Below are positions 1-12,317 of a stretch of DNA of 64,000 nucleotides, piece by piece (the stretch's first letter is position 1; each line of letters opens with the position of its first letter). This DNA is from an uncultured Methanosarcinaceae archaeon (GTDB lineage Archaea; Halobacteriota; Methanosarcinia; Methanosarcinales; Methanosarcinaceae), in assembly GCA_963833425.1 (NCBI GenBank), contig CAWHXP010000008.1:340578-404577 (forward strand), in the 5' to 3' direction. The position numbers were made by a program, and so were the translations under genes. The notes under the pieces are model-generated. The model searched no databases. It had not been told where the DNA came from and saw nothing but the letters and a program-made list of their open reading frames with translations.

Positions 1-1
1 T

Positions 2-166
2 ATGGCTTTCGGGCTAATAAGGCTTATGTCGCAGGAAAACTTTAGTTCTGGCAAGACAAAACAGTATCTCTATATCGAAAAAATGAGAGAGAAGACTGTT
101 CCAGTTAAGTACTCTCTGTTTGATGTCACACCTGAAGGAATGAGAATTATTATAAGCATGAAGTAA
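2..166 (+). CDS. 3' end of a KaiC/RAD55-family ATPase (partial, starts before window)
   Basis: Manual translation ...FGLIRLMSQENFSSGKTKQYLYIEKMREKTVPVKYSLFDVTPEGMRII*; resembles the C-terminus of 1412-2170 (YILKMRSTPI..FEITSEGIKI). Confidence 0.75.
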   Translation: MAFGLIRLMSQENFSSGKTKQYLYIEKMREKTVPVKYSLFDVTPEGMRIIISMK

Positions 167-561
167 ACAACTGATCTACATTTTTTGAATCATTTTACTT
201 GAACTGAAGATTCATAGAATTTGTCACTTTTAGGTCAAGGTAGCTTTAGTTCAAAAAGAAGGGTTTTTCAAGGCTTAAAAAAATGGGAAACAAAACTAGA
301 CAAAGATAGAGTGAGATAAGCTGAAAAAAGATCCCAGCTCATTTATCATCGGTTAAAGAACATTCTCACGTGAAAATTGTAGATTTCATAGCCGAAATCA
401 GCTTCAAATTTCGTCCAAATCACTGGAATAAATAATTTGTTCCACATATTTTTTGGAAACTTCAGTAATTATTGTGAAAATTTTGTAATTCATCAAAAGC
501 TTTCACCTAACCAAACCTAGTGAACATCATTCAACTATTATAAGAAAGCTAAATGAGAATA

Positions 562-1419
562 TCATGCTACCTTAATAAGGAATTCACAGCATTCGTTTTT
601 GTTTCCGATAGTTTTCCGAGCCTCAATATTGAAATCCGAATCCACTTTCAAAGCTATATTTGAAAAGATTTTTCGGGTAAGGGTGCATAAAATAGAGTTC
701 TTACGGGCCTCTTCCCCTTTCCAAGGGCATTTTGTGCCCCTGATTACCCAGGAATTTTCGGTTTCACCCATGAAAGAGGTAAAATTACCACCTAGCTGGT
801 TCATTACCTCAACACAGATCTCCCCTGCATAAGCGAAGTCCATTTCTCGATTTTCAAAATAGTACATATCAAGAAGCGTTTTTTCAACCATACCTGTTAT
901 CTGGTTTATAATTATCCTTTTTTCCTCATGGGAAATAGCCTGGAGTAAAGTCGGGATAATTGCTGTGAGTATACTTTGGATCCTATTTTTAATCTCTAGA
1001 CGATCACGTTCAGCCACCAAACGGTCATGCATGGATTTTACTCGAAGCATAGATTTTACTCTGGTCTTGAGCTCCAGTCTGTTAATTGGTTTTATAAGAA
1101 AATCATCAGCTCCAGCTTCGATCCCCTTAATCTTATCTTGAAGCTCCGAAAGACCAGTTAGCATTAAAACTTGAATGAACTGTGTTTCAGGATCATCCTT
1201 GATAATTTTACATATATCATAGCCATTCATATCGGGTATCATAATATCCAGGAGGACCAAATCTGGGTTCTCTTCTTTTACTTTTATGAGGGCCTCTTTC
1301 CCACTTCGACCAGTAATAACATCATAGGGTTCCTGTGAAAGGAAAGCTTCCACAATTTCTATATTTTCTGGCATGTCATCTATGATAAGTACCTTTAGTT
1401 TGTTTCTTTTATTAAGCAA
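562..1419 (-). CDS. Response regulator: REC domain plus methanogen output domain (MetOD1-like)
   Basis: IIDD, LLDIMIPDMNG (phospho-Asp), FLIKP; C-terminal KCPW...LCTLT...KTIGN..CCEF. Likely TTG start at 1419 after a G-rich RBS, overlapping the upstream stop. Confidence 0.85.
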   Translation of the reverse strand: MLNKRNKLKVLIIDDMPENIEIVEAFLSQEPYDVITGRSGKEALIKVKEENPDLVLLDIMIPDMNGYDICKIIKDDPETQFIQVLMLTGLSELQDKIKGIEAGADDFLIKPINRLELKTRVKSMLRVKSMHDRLVAERDRLEIKNRIQSILTAIIPTLLQAISHEEKRIIINQITGMVEKTLLDMYYFENREMDFAYAGEICVEVMNQLGGNFTSFMGETENSWVIRGTKCPWKGEEARKNSILCTLTRKIFSNIALKVDSDFNIEARKTIGNKNECCEFLIKVA

Positions 1420-2170
1420 GACTTTCCCCCCCACACTCATGAATTTTGATTCCTTCAGAAGTGATCTCAAAGACAGACATTTCGGGAGAAATAGGGGTGC
1501 TACGCATCTTAAGTATGTACATGTAACGTTCCATTATTCCAAGGTAAGAGTTTTCTTTTACCAACAAGTGGATGGACCCATAGACTGAATATTCAGCAAG
1601 CTGATGGGTCATATTGTGTGCAGATTCGTCCATTATTAGGAGAGCTGTACATCCTTTTTTTCTTACGATGTAATTCAGCCCGTCAAATTGGTCTCTAAGT
1701 TTTTTTGTAGAAACCCTGAGAGCAAAAGTCCCTATGTTATCTACGACAAGACAGTCGGTTCCTTCACGTATTGATCTAACCAGATTGGGAATTTCAATAT
1801 CCAGAATTTCAGGTTTAAATCCATATCTTGTATGCTCTATAACTTCAGAGCGATCCTCAAAGATATTTTCTATAACCAACTGGCCGTTTTCATAGTACGG
1901 TCTAAGGTCGTGTCCTACCATTCTTGCCTGGTAGAGAATATCTTCAGGAGTTTCTTCAGTTGCAATTAACAGACATTTTTTACCTTCAATACAATTTTTG
2001 TGAATAAAATGGATGCCAATGATTGTTTTTCCGCTCCCTGCAATGCCTGTGACAAGGGTCACTTTATTTACAGGATAACCCCCACTCAACTTCCTATCCA
2101 ATTCTTTTATGCCTGTAGAAACCCTTTCCACTTCAATAAACCCCCATTGATGTATTTTAGCCTTATTCAC
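1412..2170 (-). CDS. KaiC/RAD55-family P-loop ATPase
   Basis: RVSTGIKELD, Walker A GIAGSGKT, ATEE, LVVD Walker B, ILKMR. Confidence 0.9.
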   Translation of the reverse strand: MNKAKIHQWGFIEVERVSTGIKELDRKLSGGYPVNKVTLVTGIAGSGKTIIGIHFIHKNCIEGKKCLLIATEETPEDILYQARMVGHDLRPYYENGQLVIENIFEDRSEVIEHTRYGFKPEILDIEIPNLVRSIREGTDCLVVDNIGTFALRVSTKKLRDQFDGLNYIVRKKGCTALLIMDESAHNMTHQLAEYSVYGSIHLLVKENSYLGIMERYMYILKMRSTPISPEMSVFEITSEGIKIHECGGESLA

Positions 2171-2194
2171 ATATTACTACACTGGAGCTAAGAT

Positions 2195-2285
2195 AGAAAA
2201 TTTTGATAAACCATAAATTTATTTGTACATTCATAGAGGGTACATTAAACGACCCATAGAAATCAGTGGTTTACCGAAATCCTCT
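2195..2285. mobile_element. ~90-bp MITE related to the IS5 element at 45.3-46.4 kb
   Basis: Ends AGAAAATTTTGATAAACC / GGTTTACCGAAATCCTCT match the IS terminal repeat AGAGGATTTCGATAAAC. Confidence 0.7.
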
Positions 2286-3770
2286 ATTAAACCCTTTGTC
2301 TGGAACAGTACTAATTTTTGTATTATTGCTTGGATATTTAACGACACATTGTAGCATAAATAAATATGAAGTCTCGATGCTTTTATTAGAATCGATTAAC
2401 CGATCGAAATTTTATAAACTTTTTATTTATTTACCGAGTTTTAGATTTATTGGAGTCAATAGGCTGTGAATTAGTGTGAATCGTGGAAACCCGGAAAATA
2501 TTAAAAAGTATCTAATTTAAATATTCGGTATAAGTCTCTGTGTACCTGACTAACATGCTACAGCTTTTACTAGCTACATTACTTTTAACTATTATACTGT
2601 ATTACTTCATATATATTTTTTCATCAGTGTTTTCAATCTCTGGTTAGGTCACAAGTTATTAAACAGGAACTTTGGACATTAATAAAGTTTTAAAATACCA
2701 TATGTAATCAGTTATTATTTCAGTAGTCGCTAAAATATTTTGTAATCAGTTTTATCGAAATTAAATTTTGTTGTCGTGCCTGTTAGTTAATGAAAACATT
2801 AAACAAAAAATTTTTTATTTTTTCCCTAAAAAGAGAAGATTTTATTTTTTTAAAACCATTTGATAAATTATGGAAGTGACTCCATTTTGAGCTTTAGAGT
2901 ATCATCAGGTTTAAACAAAATATATCACTTTTGAACAAAATAACAAATTCTGATGTCTTTTCATTCTTTGCTGAAATTTATGTATTTTCCGATATACTTT
3001 TTACTATTTCCGGAATTTTGAAATTTTTCATTAATTCACTAGCAATTGACTTTAATAAATTAAAAACGAAGAAGATAATTAAAGTTACTGTGGCGCACCC
3101 TTTCAAATAGGTAATGGCTACTAAAATAAACAAGGAATAAGCCACTAAAAGGCTGAAAGCAAGGTTTTCATGCAATAGCATTGGAAAGGGGAAAATGGCT
3201 ACCACAAAATCGATCCTAGCATCGTTAAATTAATTGAATCTTACAAAAAGCAGGTGTCTTTTGTGGGCTTAGTGGTTTAGACCGCACATTTAAACCATGA
3301 CGGAGATCACGATGGTTTCTGTTGAATATTGGGCCTTGGCAGTTTATTTGATGATTTTTCGCTAACTACAGCTTATTTATGCTAATTAATCGATTATATT
3401 CGGTATTTGTTGCCATTTTCATTTCATTAATTGATTTAATTCGGATATTTATTTGTTTATTTATGCTTATTAGTATCGATTATTCGGGAATTAATTTTTA
3501 GGAAAACAAGTGAATTTGTACTGATCTAAGAAATAAAAAATTCAATTTAAGTTTTAAGGCCCAGGAAAGATGCATAGCTTTTTTATAAAATCTATGTATA
3601 TATTCGCAACTTTCGTTATCATTTTTTGCACTAATACTCCTAAGAGTATATAGAAACGCAGACGATTGATTTTAAAAACTCCTTCTTGTTAATGTTTTTT
3701 TGCATTTCATGGACAATATCAATAAACTAAATGCTTGAAATTATATTTTTCTAATTTCTAAACTAAAACT

Positions 3771-4690
3771 TTATTTTGAGAAATGCCTTGCAGAACTAAA
3801 TAGTTAAGTATATCCACTATAAGCCCATGGAAATCTGATGGAAGCCCGTCTACCGAATGTGATGATAGTTTACAGATCCCATCTACTGCACCTGATTTTT
3901 ATACTAATGTCTATCAAATGTTTCTCAAGGTTTGCTTCGTGCATTAATTGAGAACCTGTGAGTATTGCTAAAGCTGCAATGATACCATATACATCCCAAT
4001 TAGATACCGCACTCACCACTAAAGATGATGTCCTAGTTGTTGAAGCGATAAGTATACCCAATGGAAAGAGCTGAGTAATATTTTGATATATATTTCCCAT
4101 CCTATTTCTTTTCCGCCATTACGACCCCTATAGTAGGAATTTCTGCCTTCAAAGCTTCATAAAAAATATAATCAATCTTACCAACGTACGACGAGACATC
4201 ACCCCCACTCATGTTACAATATTTACAACTTTGATTCATTCCGGGTCTTCTTATCGCCACCATAAAACATGGTTTATGTTCCAAAAGAACTGAATGACAT
4301 AATTTTTTTGCAGCTGAGTGGTCAATCGGAATGCATATGATATCAGATTTGATTTCGAGTTCTTTAGCCAAAGTGGTGTGTAACTTTAAATTGAGATCAT
4401 CTGTTATAAAAATAGTCTTTATATCATAATTTTCGAGAGCTTTTGCGAGAAGAACTGCTCCTATTGGCCCATTAGTCTCTGGTTTTATATCAGGAATTAT
4501 AGGAAATCCAGACACGATAAAAACGGTGGCATCTTTTTTAATAGAATCAACTATAATTTTTGCTGACTTTAAACAAAGAGGAGTGATTTTTTAGCAGATG
4601 AATACAGTTTTCTGTTTTTACGTCCCATTATATCTATATTGATAATCTTATCAATTTCATTAAACAAACCGATGTTTGTATTTATATTCT
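3771..4690 (-). pseudogene. DUF4392 / D-glutamate cyclase-like protein, several frameshifts
   Basis: SGFPI..ETNGPIGA, VSAVSNW and SVDGLP motifs spread across different frames. Confidence 0.75.
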
Positions 4691-5333
4691 TACATCCGAT
4701 TATTTGTTTTAATTATAAAATATTTATACAGAGCGACGAGAAAAAGTGTGTATGAAAAGAGTATTCCAATTATATAACCATAAATCGGATTTAGACCATG
4801 CACTTAGGATATAAATTTTACTTGCCAATAAAAATAAAAAAACGTGTTTTATTGTTGTAAGTAAAATAAGCTTATTACAGGAAAAGTAGATAGCAATCCA
4901 GCAGTTTTCGGTCCATATAATCCCCTACATATATAACAAGTACTATTTATCCCCGATTGATGTATCAAATATTCACGTAGTCATAAATTCAAAAGAATTC
5001 AAATGTTTTCGCTTTTTCATAATGCATTTGATTTTATGCAGAACAGATCTTTCTTGATTTATTCTTTTTCTAAATATTAGTTTTTCATATAATTATGTAT
5101 CACTGAGTTAAATTTCTTTGTTCTTTTTACTGACTAGAGTTTTTGAATTTTATTGTTTTGTTAAAATAAAAAGTTTCAGTTTTTCAATAAAGTTTTTCTT
5201 TTATATATTTTAAGCATCTGATAAGCTTTTATTTTATAATATTAACAAAAGAATTTATATATTGAACAAAGCCAGATAGATATCCAAATTCATTAGATAG
5301 ATGCATAGCGATAAAAACTATTACCAATACTGA

Positions 5334-5880
5334 TTAAATATTAAATGGAGATGATTCGTGATGAACATGATAATGGTATAAGCTTACCAATCCCAGAAAA
5401 ATTCCGATGACGGCTTCTATCATGTAATTAAGGCAATAGATTTTTTCATTTTTTTTTGCGATAACGGGAATAACTTCTTTTATTGTTTCTTTATTCGGCG
5501 AAAAAACTAGGATGTTGAGGTCACTTTCTTCAAATTTATCATAAAGCCTATTAGTTATGTTTTTAAAATGCTTCATGTTCAGGACGTTTATATAGAATTT
5601 TGTAGTATAAACCTAAAGATTTTGATTTTGCATGTAGATTACATAAACGTTTTAGAGTATTTTCATCATTTTTGAGAATATGAAACCATATTTCATCAGG
5701 TTTTCCGTCTTCATCAGTTTTACCTTTAAGCTTCTTTAGATTTACGCCATATTGGTATTCGATGTTATCTTGGTCTTTCACATCGACTTTTATAGACATT
5801 TTTATACTAGGATGTTTTTCTTTAACTTTTGTTATTATTTCTTGGTTATATTGTACAGGTACTATAAAATATTTGTATTC
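5334..5880 (-). pseudogene. Hypothetical protein fragments (overlapping ORFs 5563-5799 and 5334-5576)
   Basis: Protein-like composition in overlapping frames; no recognisable motif. Confidence 0.3.
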
Positions 5881-7252
5881 TAAACTTAAAGTAAAATTTA
5901 ACTTTTTAGAAACTAACTGTTGAACTAATCATCTAGTTTGTATAATTAATGTCATACATTCTCTACGACTATTTTCTTGAGCGATTTCTACAATCATCTT
6001 GACAAAATGTCTGTCTGAGATATTTTCTTTTCCCAGCCAGATAATAGTCTGGTGATACTTCCAAACATTCAGATCTAATTCAAGATCCATATATGAATCA
6101 CAAGTTCAAAGACGAACCAGTATAATCGCTTGTAAGATGGTTGATTTTTGATTACCATATATAGGAATCACAGAAATAATGATTAAGGATATCTCTAGTC
6201 CCATTTTTATAGTGTAAAGATAGCTCAAAATATAATTCATTTAGAAGATACCTGTTCACTTGGAAGTTTCCATCCCATAGTAAGCTATGGTATTCTATTG
6301 GAAGAAATTCCAGGGAGTGATTATGTGATATAAGAAAGATCGCAAATAAAAAAAGAAAATTACCGCTTTCCTTTGAAGAAGACACCAGAACACCTACAAA
6401 AAAGCTGAAAGATAAACACCTATTAATATTTAATATAAATATTATAAATTTTTGTAGTATCAAAATATTATCTTTTTTATTCAATCTGAAAGTAGATTAA
6501 AAAATTAATCTGGCTTTAAATGAATAATAACAGCTGAATAGACAAATAAATTCTACATCTGTAAATATCTACTAATTTCTGATCGACATAAAGTTAAGAT
6601 ACTATCAAAATAATGTTAGCTCATTGAGATAAATATTTATGGTGAGTATAACTTAATTATATCAAAGTGAAAGCATAAAAAACTTTATGGTGAGGGGGAA
6701 CATGAAAATAGCGCAGGTAGCCTAAGCTAAAAAAATTCGACTTAACCAAGATGAAAGTATTGCTACCTAACTTTCAGATCTTTGAAAAAGGACATTTTCG
6801 ACTTGGTGGAAACTTAGCCAAAAATGGAAGTAATCCAGTTACCTAAATCAACTTCCAGTAAAATGTCCTTGGGATTCAGAAAATAAGGACTATCAAAGGA
6901 GATACCTGGGATCACAAAAGGACATTAAAAAAATATTAAACGTTCTACTCTCAGGAATTGAAAATATGAGGCAATAAACTTGAAAGTAAACTCAAAAAAT
7001 GTATTTATGAAGGTGATTACAGTAACTGCGAGTTAATTCCGAGATAGTTGCTTCATATCTTGACCAAGGAGACTTCCGTCTAAATTTGAGAAGGGAAATA
7101 TATCTTACTAGCCTCGATAAGAGAGATTAGATCACCAGAGAAATATTGGATTTTTCATAAATCCCTATTTGTTCTATAATATCCAGTTTAAATCTCATAT
7201 TCTTTAGAATTTGAGTAGTTGAGCTGAGGAAACAGTAGCATATAAATTCAAC

Positions 7253-8815
7253 TTGATAATAATCTATGGGGGGATAGACCTGTTGAATCGAAAGTTAAAA
7301 ATATTGTTCCTTCTGGGCTTCCTCATACTTACGCATATTCATGACGCTTTGTGCACGACACATGCACCAATAGTCTATGTTGCAGGAGATGGCAGTGGTG
7401 ATTTTAACTGTAATACAACAAGTAGTCAAATACCGATCAACCAGGCGCTTCAGTTTGTTGCAGACAATCCAGAATATACAACTGTCTATCTCAAGGGTCC
7501 TTTCACATACATAATCAATGATACTATCCTGATCAGCAACTGTACAACTCTGGCTGGAGATTCAAGTGCAATAATTAAACTTGCAGGTAATGCAAACTGG
7601 GCAAACAGGAAGCCAATGATTAAGGAAAAAAACTCTAATAGCCATGGTATTACTATTTGGGGCTTCGAAATTGATGGGAGCCGAGAAGTCAATACTAATG
7701 TTGATAGTGGAAAGGGCTACTACAATATCATCCATATCAGCAACTGTCAAAATATTAATGTGCATGATATGTACCTGACCAATAGCCATGGAGATGGCTT
7801 AAAGGCTGATAATTGCTCTGTCATAAAATTCTATAATAATGGAGTATATTTATTAGGACATGATGTTTTATATGCGAGTCATTGCTCAAATGTGGAGTGT
7901 TTCAATAATAAAATAGTATGCAGAACAAATAGTGGACTAAGAATATTTAATACAAATCACGTGAATATCCACGACAATATTATCACATCAAACGGTTACG
8001 GAAGTGTAGGGATCGAAATTCAGAAGTTTAGCTTTTCGGCAATGGATGACATCGAGGTGTATAATAACGCGATATACGAGACTGCACACGCAGGGATCTG
8101 GATGTTTGGATCAAGTTCATATTCTACTTCCTCCGCAAATGTCTATATTCATCATAACCGGATATATGATACCGGAACTAAGTCCGATAAGAAAATAGAA
8201 GGTGGGATCGTGTCCGATGGATTCAATGCCCTCATCGAAAACAACGTAATCGATGGAGCATATGGAGTTGGTATTGCGCAGAATAATGACTATTCTCTGG
8301 CCCCAGCTAGCTCAGGGTTCGTGGTTACAATAAGAAACAATATAATAACGAATACTCGGAAATTAGAAGCCGGGAGGTATGGTTATGGGATATGCAACCT
8401 ACTTACAGACACGCACTCTTTTGTCTTACAGAACAACTGTTTCTACAACAATACAGGAGGCGATTATGTAGGTGTCAATTCATCACCTTCGAATATAGAA
8501 GCAGACCCTCAATACGCAGACAGGAATAAACACGACTACCACCTGAAATCAAAAGCTGGTCGCTGGGATGGAAGTACCTGGGTAAATGACAGAATAAGTT
8601 CGCCATGTATAGATGCTGGATATCCTTCATCGGATTATTCTAATGAACCGCAACCAAACGGAAACAGAATCAACATAGGCCCTGATGGGAATACAAAGTA
8701 TGCCTCTAAATCAGAATCTTGTTTATCAACACTTATATTTCCCATTGCTAGTTCCGATACTTATGATAAAAAATTTGAAGATTTGGAAATGGACTTAAAG
8801 AAACTTTGGCTATAG
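7253..8815 (+). CDS. Secreted right-handed beta-helix protein of the disaggregatase-related type
   Basis: Signal peptide, VYVAGDGSGDFNC..INQALQFVA, parallel beta-helix repeats, DYHLKSKAGRW..SPCIDAG; true start probably near 7283. Confidence 0.8.
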   Translation: MIIIYGGIDLLNRKLKILFLLGFLILTHIHDALCTTHAPIVYVAGDGSGDFNCNTTSSQIPINQALQFVADNPEYTTVYLKGPFTYIINDTILISNCTTLAGDSSAIIKLAGNANWANRKPMIKEKNSNSHGITIWGFEIDGSREVNTNVDSGKGYYNIIHISNCQNINVHDMYLTNSHGDGLKADNCSVIKFYNNGVYLLGHDVLYASHCSNVECFNNKIVCRTNSGLRIFNTNHVNIHDNIITSNGYGSVGIEIQKFSFSAMDDIEVYNNAIYETAHAGIWMFGSSSYSTSSANVYIHHNRIYDTGTKSDKKIEGGIVSDGFNALIENNVIDGAYGVGIAQNNDYSLAPASSGFVVTIRNNIITNTRKLEAGRYGYGICNLLTDTHSFVLQNNCFYNNTGGDYVGVNSSPSNIEADPQYADRNKHDYHLKSKAGRWDGSTWVNDRISSPCIDAGYPSSDYSNEPQPNGNRINIGPDGNTKYASKSESCLSTLIFPIASSDTYDKKFEDLEMDLKKLWL

Positions 8816-8983
8816 GACTAATTCAAAGCAGAAGAAACTAATGGACAAGTATTCAGCAGCATGAAATCCTACAATCATGTTCACAGTAAGCGACATAAAT
8901 AGTGTTACTTTAAAGACTAAAAATAGAAATGTAAGGACGGTTTAACATAAACCGCCTGCATGCCATAGAAACAAGCTTACTAG

Positions 8984-9075
8984 AGAAAATTTCAATAAAT
9001 CCCTAATTTTCATGAGTAACTTATCATACCGTTCATCAACATATGACAAAATTTATAGATTTATCGAAATCCACT
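8984..9075. mobile_element. ~90-bp IS5-related MITE, degenerate copy
   Basis: AGAAAATTTCAATAAATCC ... GATTTATCGAAATCCACT; interior similar to the 2195 and 50267 copies. Confidence 0.6.
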
Positions 9076-9542
9076 ACCGAGGTGATATACGAGTATTGCC
9101 TTTACTGCCACAGCAGATGAAAACCTGAATATGGACATAAAATTTTTGTGATGATACAATTTTACAATTAAAAATCCTGTGAATGTGGTAGATTAATATG
9201 AAAACATACATTTATCTGAAAAATAAGGAGACAGTCGAGAATAAATTCTACTACCGAATTTAACTATATTGTTTTAATCGCATTGAAACTTCCGATCACT
9301 ACTTTTTCTGCAACTTTATCCATGGAATGCGACGCTAACATTGGAATTGATCGATAAAAACACTGAATCAAATAATTCTTGGTCTTGGAAATTGGGTGTG
9401 AAGCACTTCAACATCCAAAAACCTTATATAGAAGGGAGTATTGAGCAAAAAAACAGTGCTAATATTAACTTTAAGAGTGCCTAGAAGTAATTCAGTAACA
9501 ACTTCATGGTATATCAAAGTGAAAAAGTAAATAAACATTATT

Positions 9543-9656
9543 AAGACTTAGCACTTGAAGTACAAAATCAATAGTATTAAGCCTATAACAATCTACTACA
9601 CATATTTTACCATAAATAAACGGCACCTTATTTCGTACCTCGAGTGCGTAAGTCCC
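9543..9656. mobile_element. ~114-bp MITE with GGACTTACGCAC-type terminal inverted repeats
   Basis: AAGACTTAGCACTTG ... CGAGTGCGTAAGTCCC; parent IS family not assignable here. Confidence 0.6.
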
Positions 9657-9879
9657 AAAACTCTCAAGAAAAAACTAAGCTTTTCAATGTAAGTTTAATA
9701 GCTATATAAATAAATGAGGATTTAAAGCGCTGATTTTAACTTTTGTAAAGATCAAAGGGGCTAACAAAATATGATACATCGTAAAAATGAATAATAAGAT
9801 AATAATAAAAAATAGAAGAAATAAATCGAACTTGTAATTATGCATAGAACATAGATTCATAAAGAAAATTATGCAATCA

Positions 9880-10116
9880 TCAGTTGTCTGCTGTTATGTG
9901 AATTACACCTGAACCCTCTAAAATTTTGTAAATAAATGCTGAAGTGTACGCAAGGACCATGAATTTAAAGCCCTGGCCAAAATCCATCTCTACAAACTTA
10001 CATATCATATATACAAAAAAGGCAAATTGTACAGCACAAAGGCCCATTCCGGCGATTGTGAGTATTTTCTGACGACTGCTACTACTACTGTCTGGATCAT
10101 CTGATTCTTCTGACAT
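9880..10116 (-). CDS. Small two-TM membrane protein
   Basis: GAGG RBS, two hydrophobic segments. Confidence 0.55.
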   Translation of the reverse strand: MSEESDDPDSSSSSRQKILTIAGMGLCAVQFAFFVYMICKFVEMDFGQGFKFMVLAYTSAFIYKILEGSGVIHITADN

Positions 10117-11429
10117 TTCTTTCTGACCTCGTAAATAAAGGTGCTAAAAGTGTTATTACTTTAGTTTGTTAATTTTGTCTTTAATCTATTTCGCTTTTAC
10201 TTAGAATATTTTTTATTCTTTTCTGGATTTCTGATTGATTAAAGTCAATAGAAATGCAACTGAAGTAAATTTTCGCAATTCAAAAGATATTTAAGTCTCT
10301 CAAACCAATTCAGTTTATAGGCTATTTCATTGAATTGTTAAAAATTGTAAGCATAAGTTCCTTTTTAAATTTTCAAATAATGTAAATTATGCTCTTTTTT
10401 CATTTGAATCAATACTCTAGGAAACTACCCATTTTTACTGCAAGCATTTTTCAACAAGTTTAAGAGTAAGATAATGTCTCAAGTTTTAATCCATATACCT
10501 TAGCTTTTTTAGAGTCCTTAAAAAAATATAAAAAACGGAAAGCTTCAGCAAATGCGTCTGAAATTTACGCTGCATTAGTCTCTCATGAAACATTATATTA
10601 AAAACACTCTCCAGTTTAATTAGAGATTTTTGTGCAATATTTTATACTATGTTTTTATTTATTAAAGATAGTATATAAAACTTACGGAGCTAGCAATGCA
10701 TACCGGAGAATATAGTTAGTAGAAATTTAGATATTGTAGAATATAGATTTCAAATTAATGAAAAGAGCACACATCTCTAAATAATTGATAGATTTTAATA
10801 TTGCAGATATGTAAAATGTGAAATTGCTGGGGATTTGCTGGAGTGAGGGGATGCCCACACCATACGTACCTTCAGTAACAAACCATTTTTCCAGCCTATT
10901 TTTTTATGAAATGCAGCCTTATAAAAGCTGCATGTCATATTTGGTAAAAGTTACAAACTTTAAAATCACTAAGCTATCTATATTCCAAACTCAATCATCT
11001 GCTATATTTAATGCTGATTATTTTTTCACTGTTTATTATAGAAAAGAGTACCAGAAAAATATTTTCTACAACTAAATAGTTTGACTCAAGGAAACATTAT
11101 TTTTTTATGAATTATTTATTTAAAATAAATCAGCCGCAGTAAAATCATCTTTCAGAGTAGATGCTGGCAGGAAATAATGTGACAAAATAAAGATAAATTA
11201 TACAATACATTTGACACTAAAGGGTACAAACAAGCGTAACTATTTATAAAAGTACCACTAATGTTAACCTAGAGAAAATAATGTCGACCATAATACATAT
11301 TGATAAAAATGAGGAAATAATAAAAGTAAGTTAAGCAAATAATGTTGGTCAAAAGAAATAGTATCAAAATTAATAATGAAAAGCAGAATACAAATGGATT
11401 TCTACAAAAAGAAAAAAGCAGTGAATTAA

Positions 11430-12317
11430 ATGGATAAAGCGCGTATAATTGAGGAAACAGCAGTCCGGATATCCAGGGAGCTTAATGCCGCAGCAATCGT
11501 TGTCTCTGGGGAGCTGAGTTTTGAAGGGATCGACACAGGGGGTATTCCGATCTACCACAGCTCCATGCGGCCGAGAAGCATACTAGCTCACCTTGTAATG
11601 ACTGGGAAAGATGGAAAATGCCCTGTCAGAGGTCTCAGCGACCAGATAAACAGAGAAGCTTCAAGCAACGCTGATCACCTCCAACAGGCTGTGGCAATAG
11701 AATACGTGCTTGGAAAACTAAAAGGTGAAACTATTATAGGTGTGGTAGAAGCCCGTGGCTCCATCTCGATAGTTGTGCACAGTCTCGATGAAAACCCCCT
11801 TGTAAAAGCTATGAAGGAATGTCAAGAGAGGGTAAAGCCGGAAGTAATGAGCGCAATCATGAATATTTCTTTTGACATCGCCTTGGCAGGCAGGGAAGGA
11901 AAGAGAGTAGGAACCGCCTTTATTTTAGGGGATTCCGAAGAAGTCATGAAACGTTCTCACCAGATAATTATTAATCCATATGCAGGTCATGACGAAACTT
12001 ATCGAAATCTCCTTGACAAAAAAAACTGGGAGTCTATAAAAGAATTTGCTCAGCTCGATGGAGTTTTTGTAATAAGTGATACAGGCTTTATACTTGCAGC
12101 AGGGCGCTACCTTGATGTTGATGGAAAAAATGTGGATATTGAAAAAGGTTTAGGTGGCAGGCATGTTTCGGCAGCAGCGATCAGCAGGGATACAGTTGCG
12201 ATCGCTGTTGTGATATCTGAGTCAGGAGGAGTTATCAGAATATACAAAGACGCAAAAGAAGCTATCTGCATGGAATCCTTGAAGCCTGCAATAAATCTAT
12301 CTGATCTTATAAATTAA
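11430..12317 (+). CDS. dacZ: Archaeal diadenylate cyclase (DisA_N/DAC domain)
   Basis: GREGKRVGTAF, EFAQLDGVF, GLGGRHVSAAAIS, VISESGG. Confidence 0.85.
   Translation: MDKARIIEETAVRISRELNAAAIVVSGELSFEGIDTGGIPIYHSSMRPRSILAHLVMTGKDGKCPVRGLSDQINREASSNADHLQQAVAIEYVLGKLKGETIIGVVEARGSISIVVHSLDENPLVKAMKECQERVKPEVMSAIMNISFDIALAGREGKRVGTAFILGDSEEVMKRSHQIIINPYAGHDETYRNLLDKKNWESIKEFAQLDGVFVISDTGFILAAGRYLDVDGKNVDIEKGLGGRHVSAAAISRDTVAIAVVISESGGVIRIYKDAKEAICMESLKPAINLSDLIN

Noticed and set aside
2978..3205. Hydrophobic ORF, possible transporter remnant
   Set aside because: Too short and degenerate to assign
6152..7130. ORF 6152-6484 and a degenerate reading frame at ~6700-7100
   Set aside because: No recognisable motifs and many stops; a call cannot be supported
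8813..8824. Pyrrolysine read-through of TAG stops (8813, cfbE, JAMM fusion)
   Set aside because: cfbE and the JAMM fusion end at natural-looking C-termini; at 8813 another stop follows two codons later
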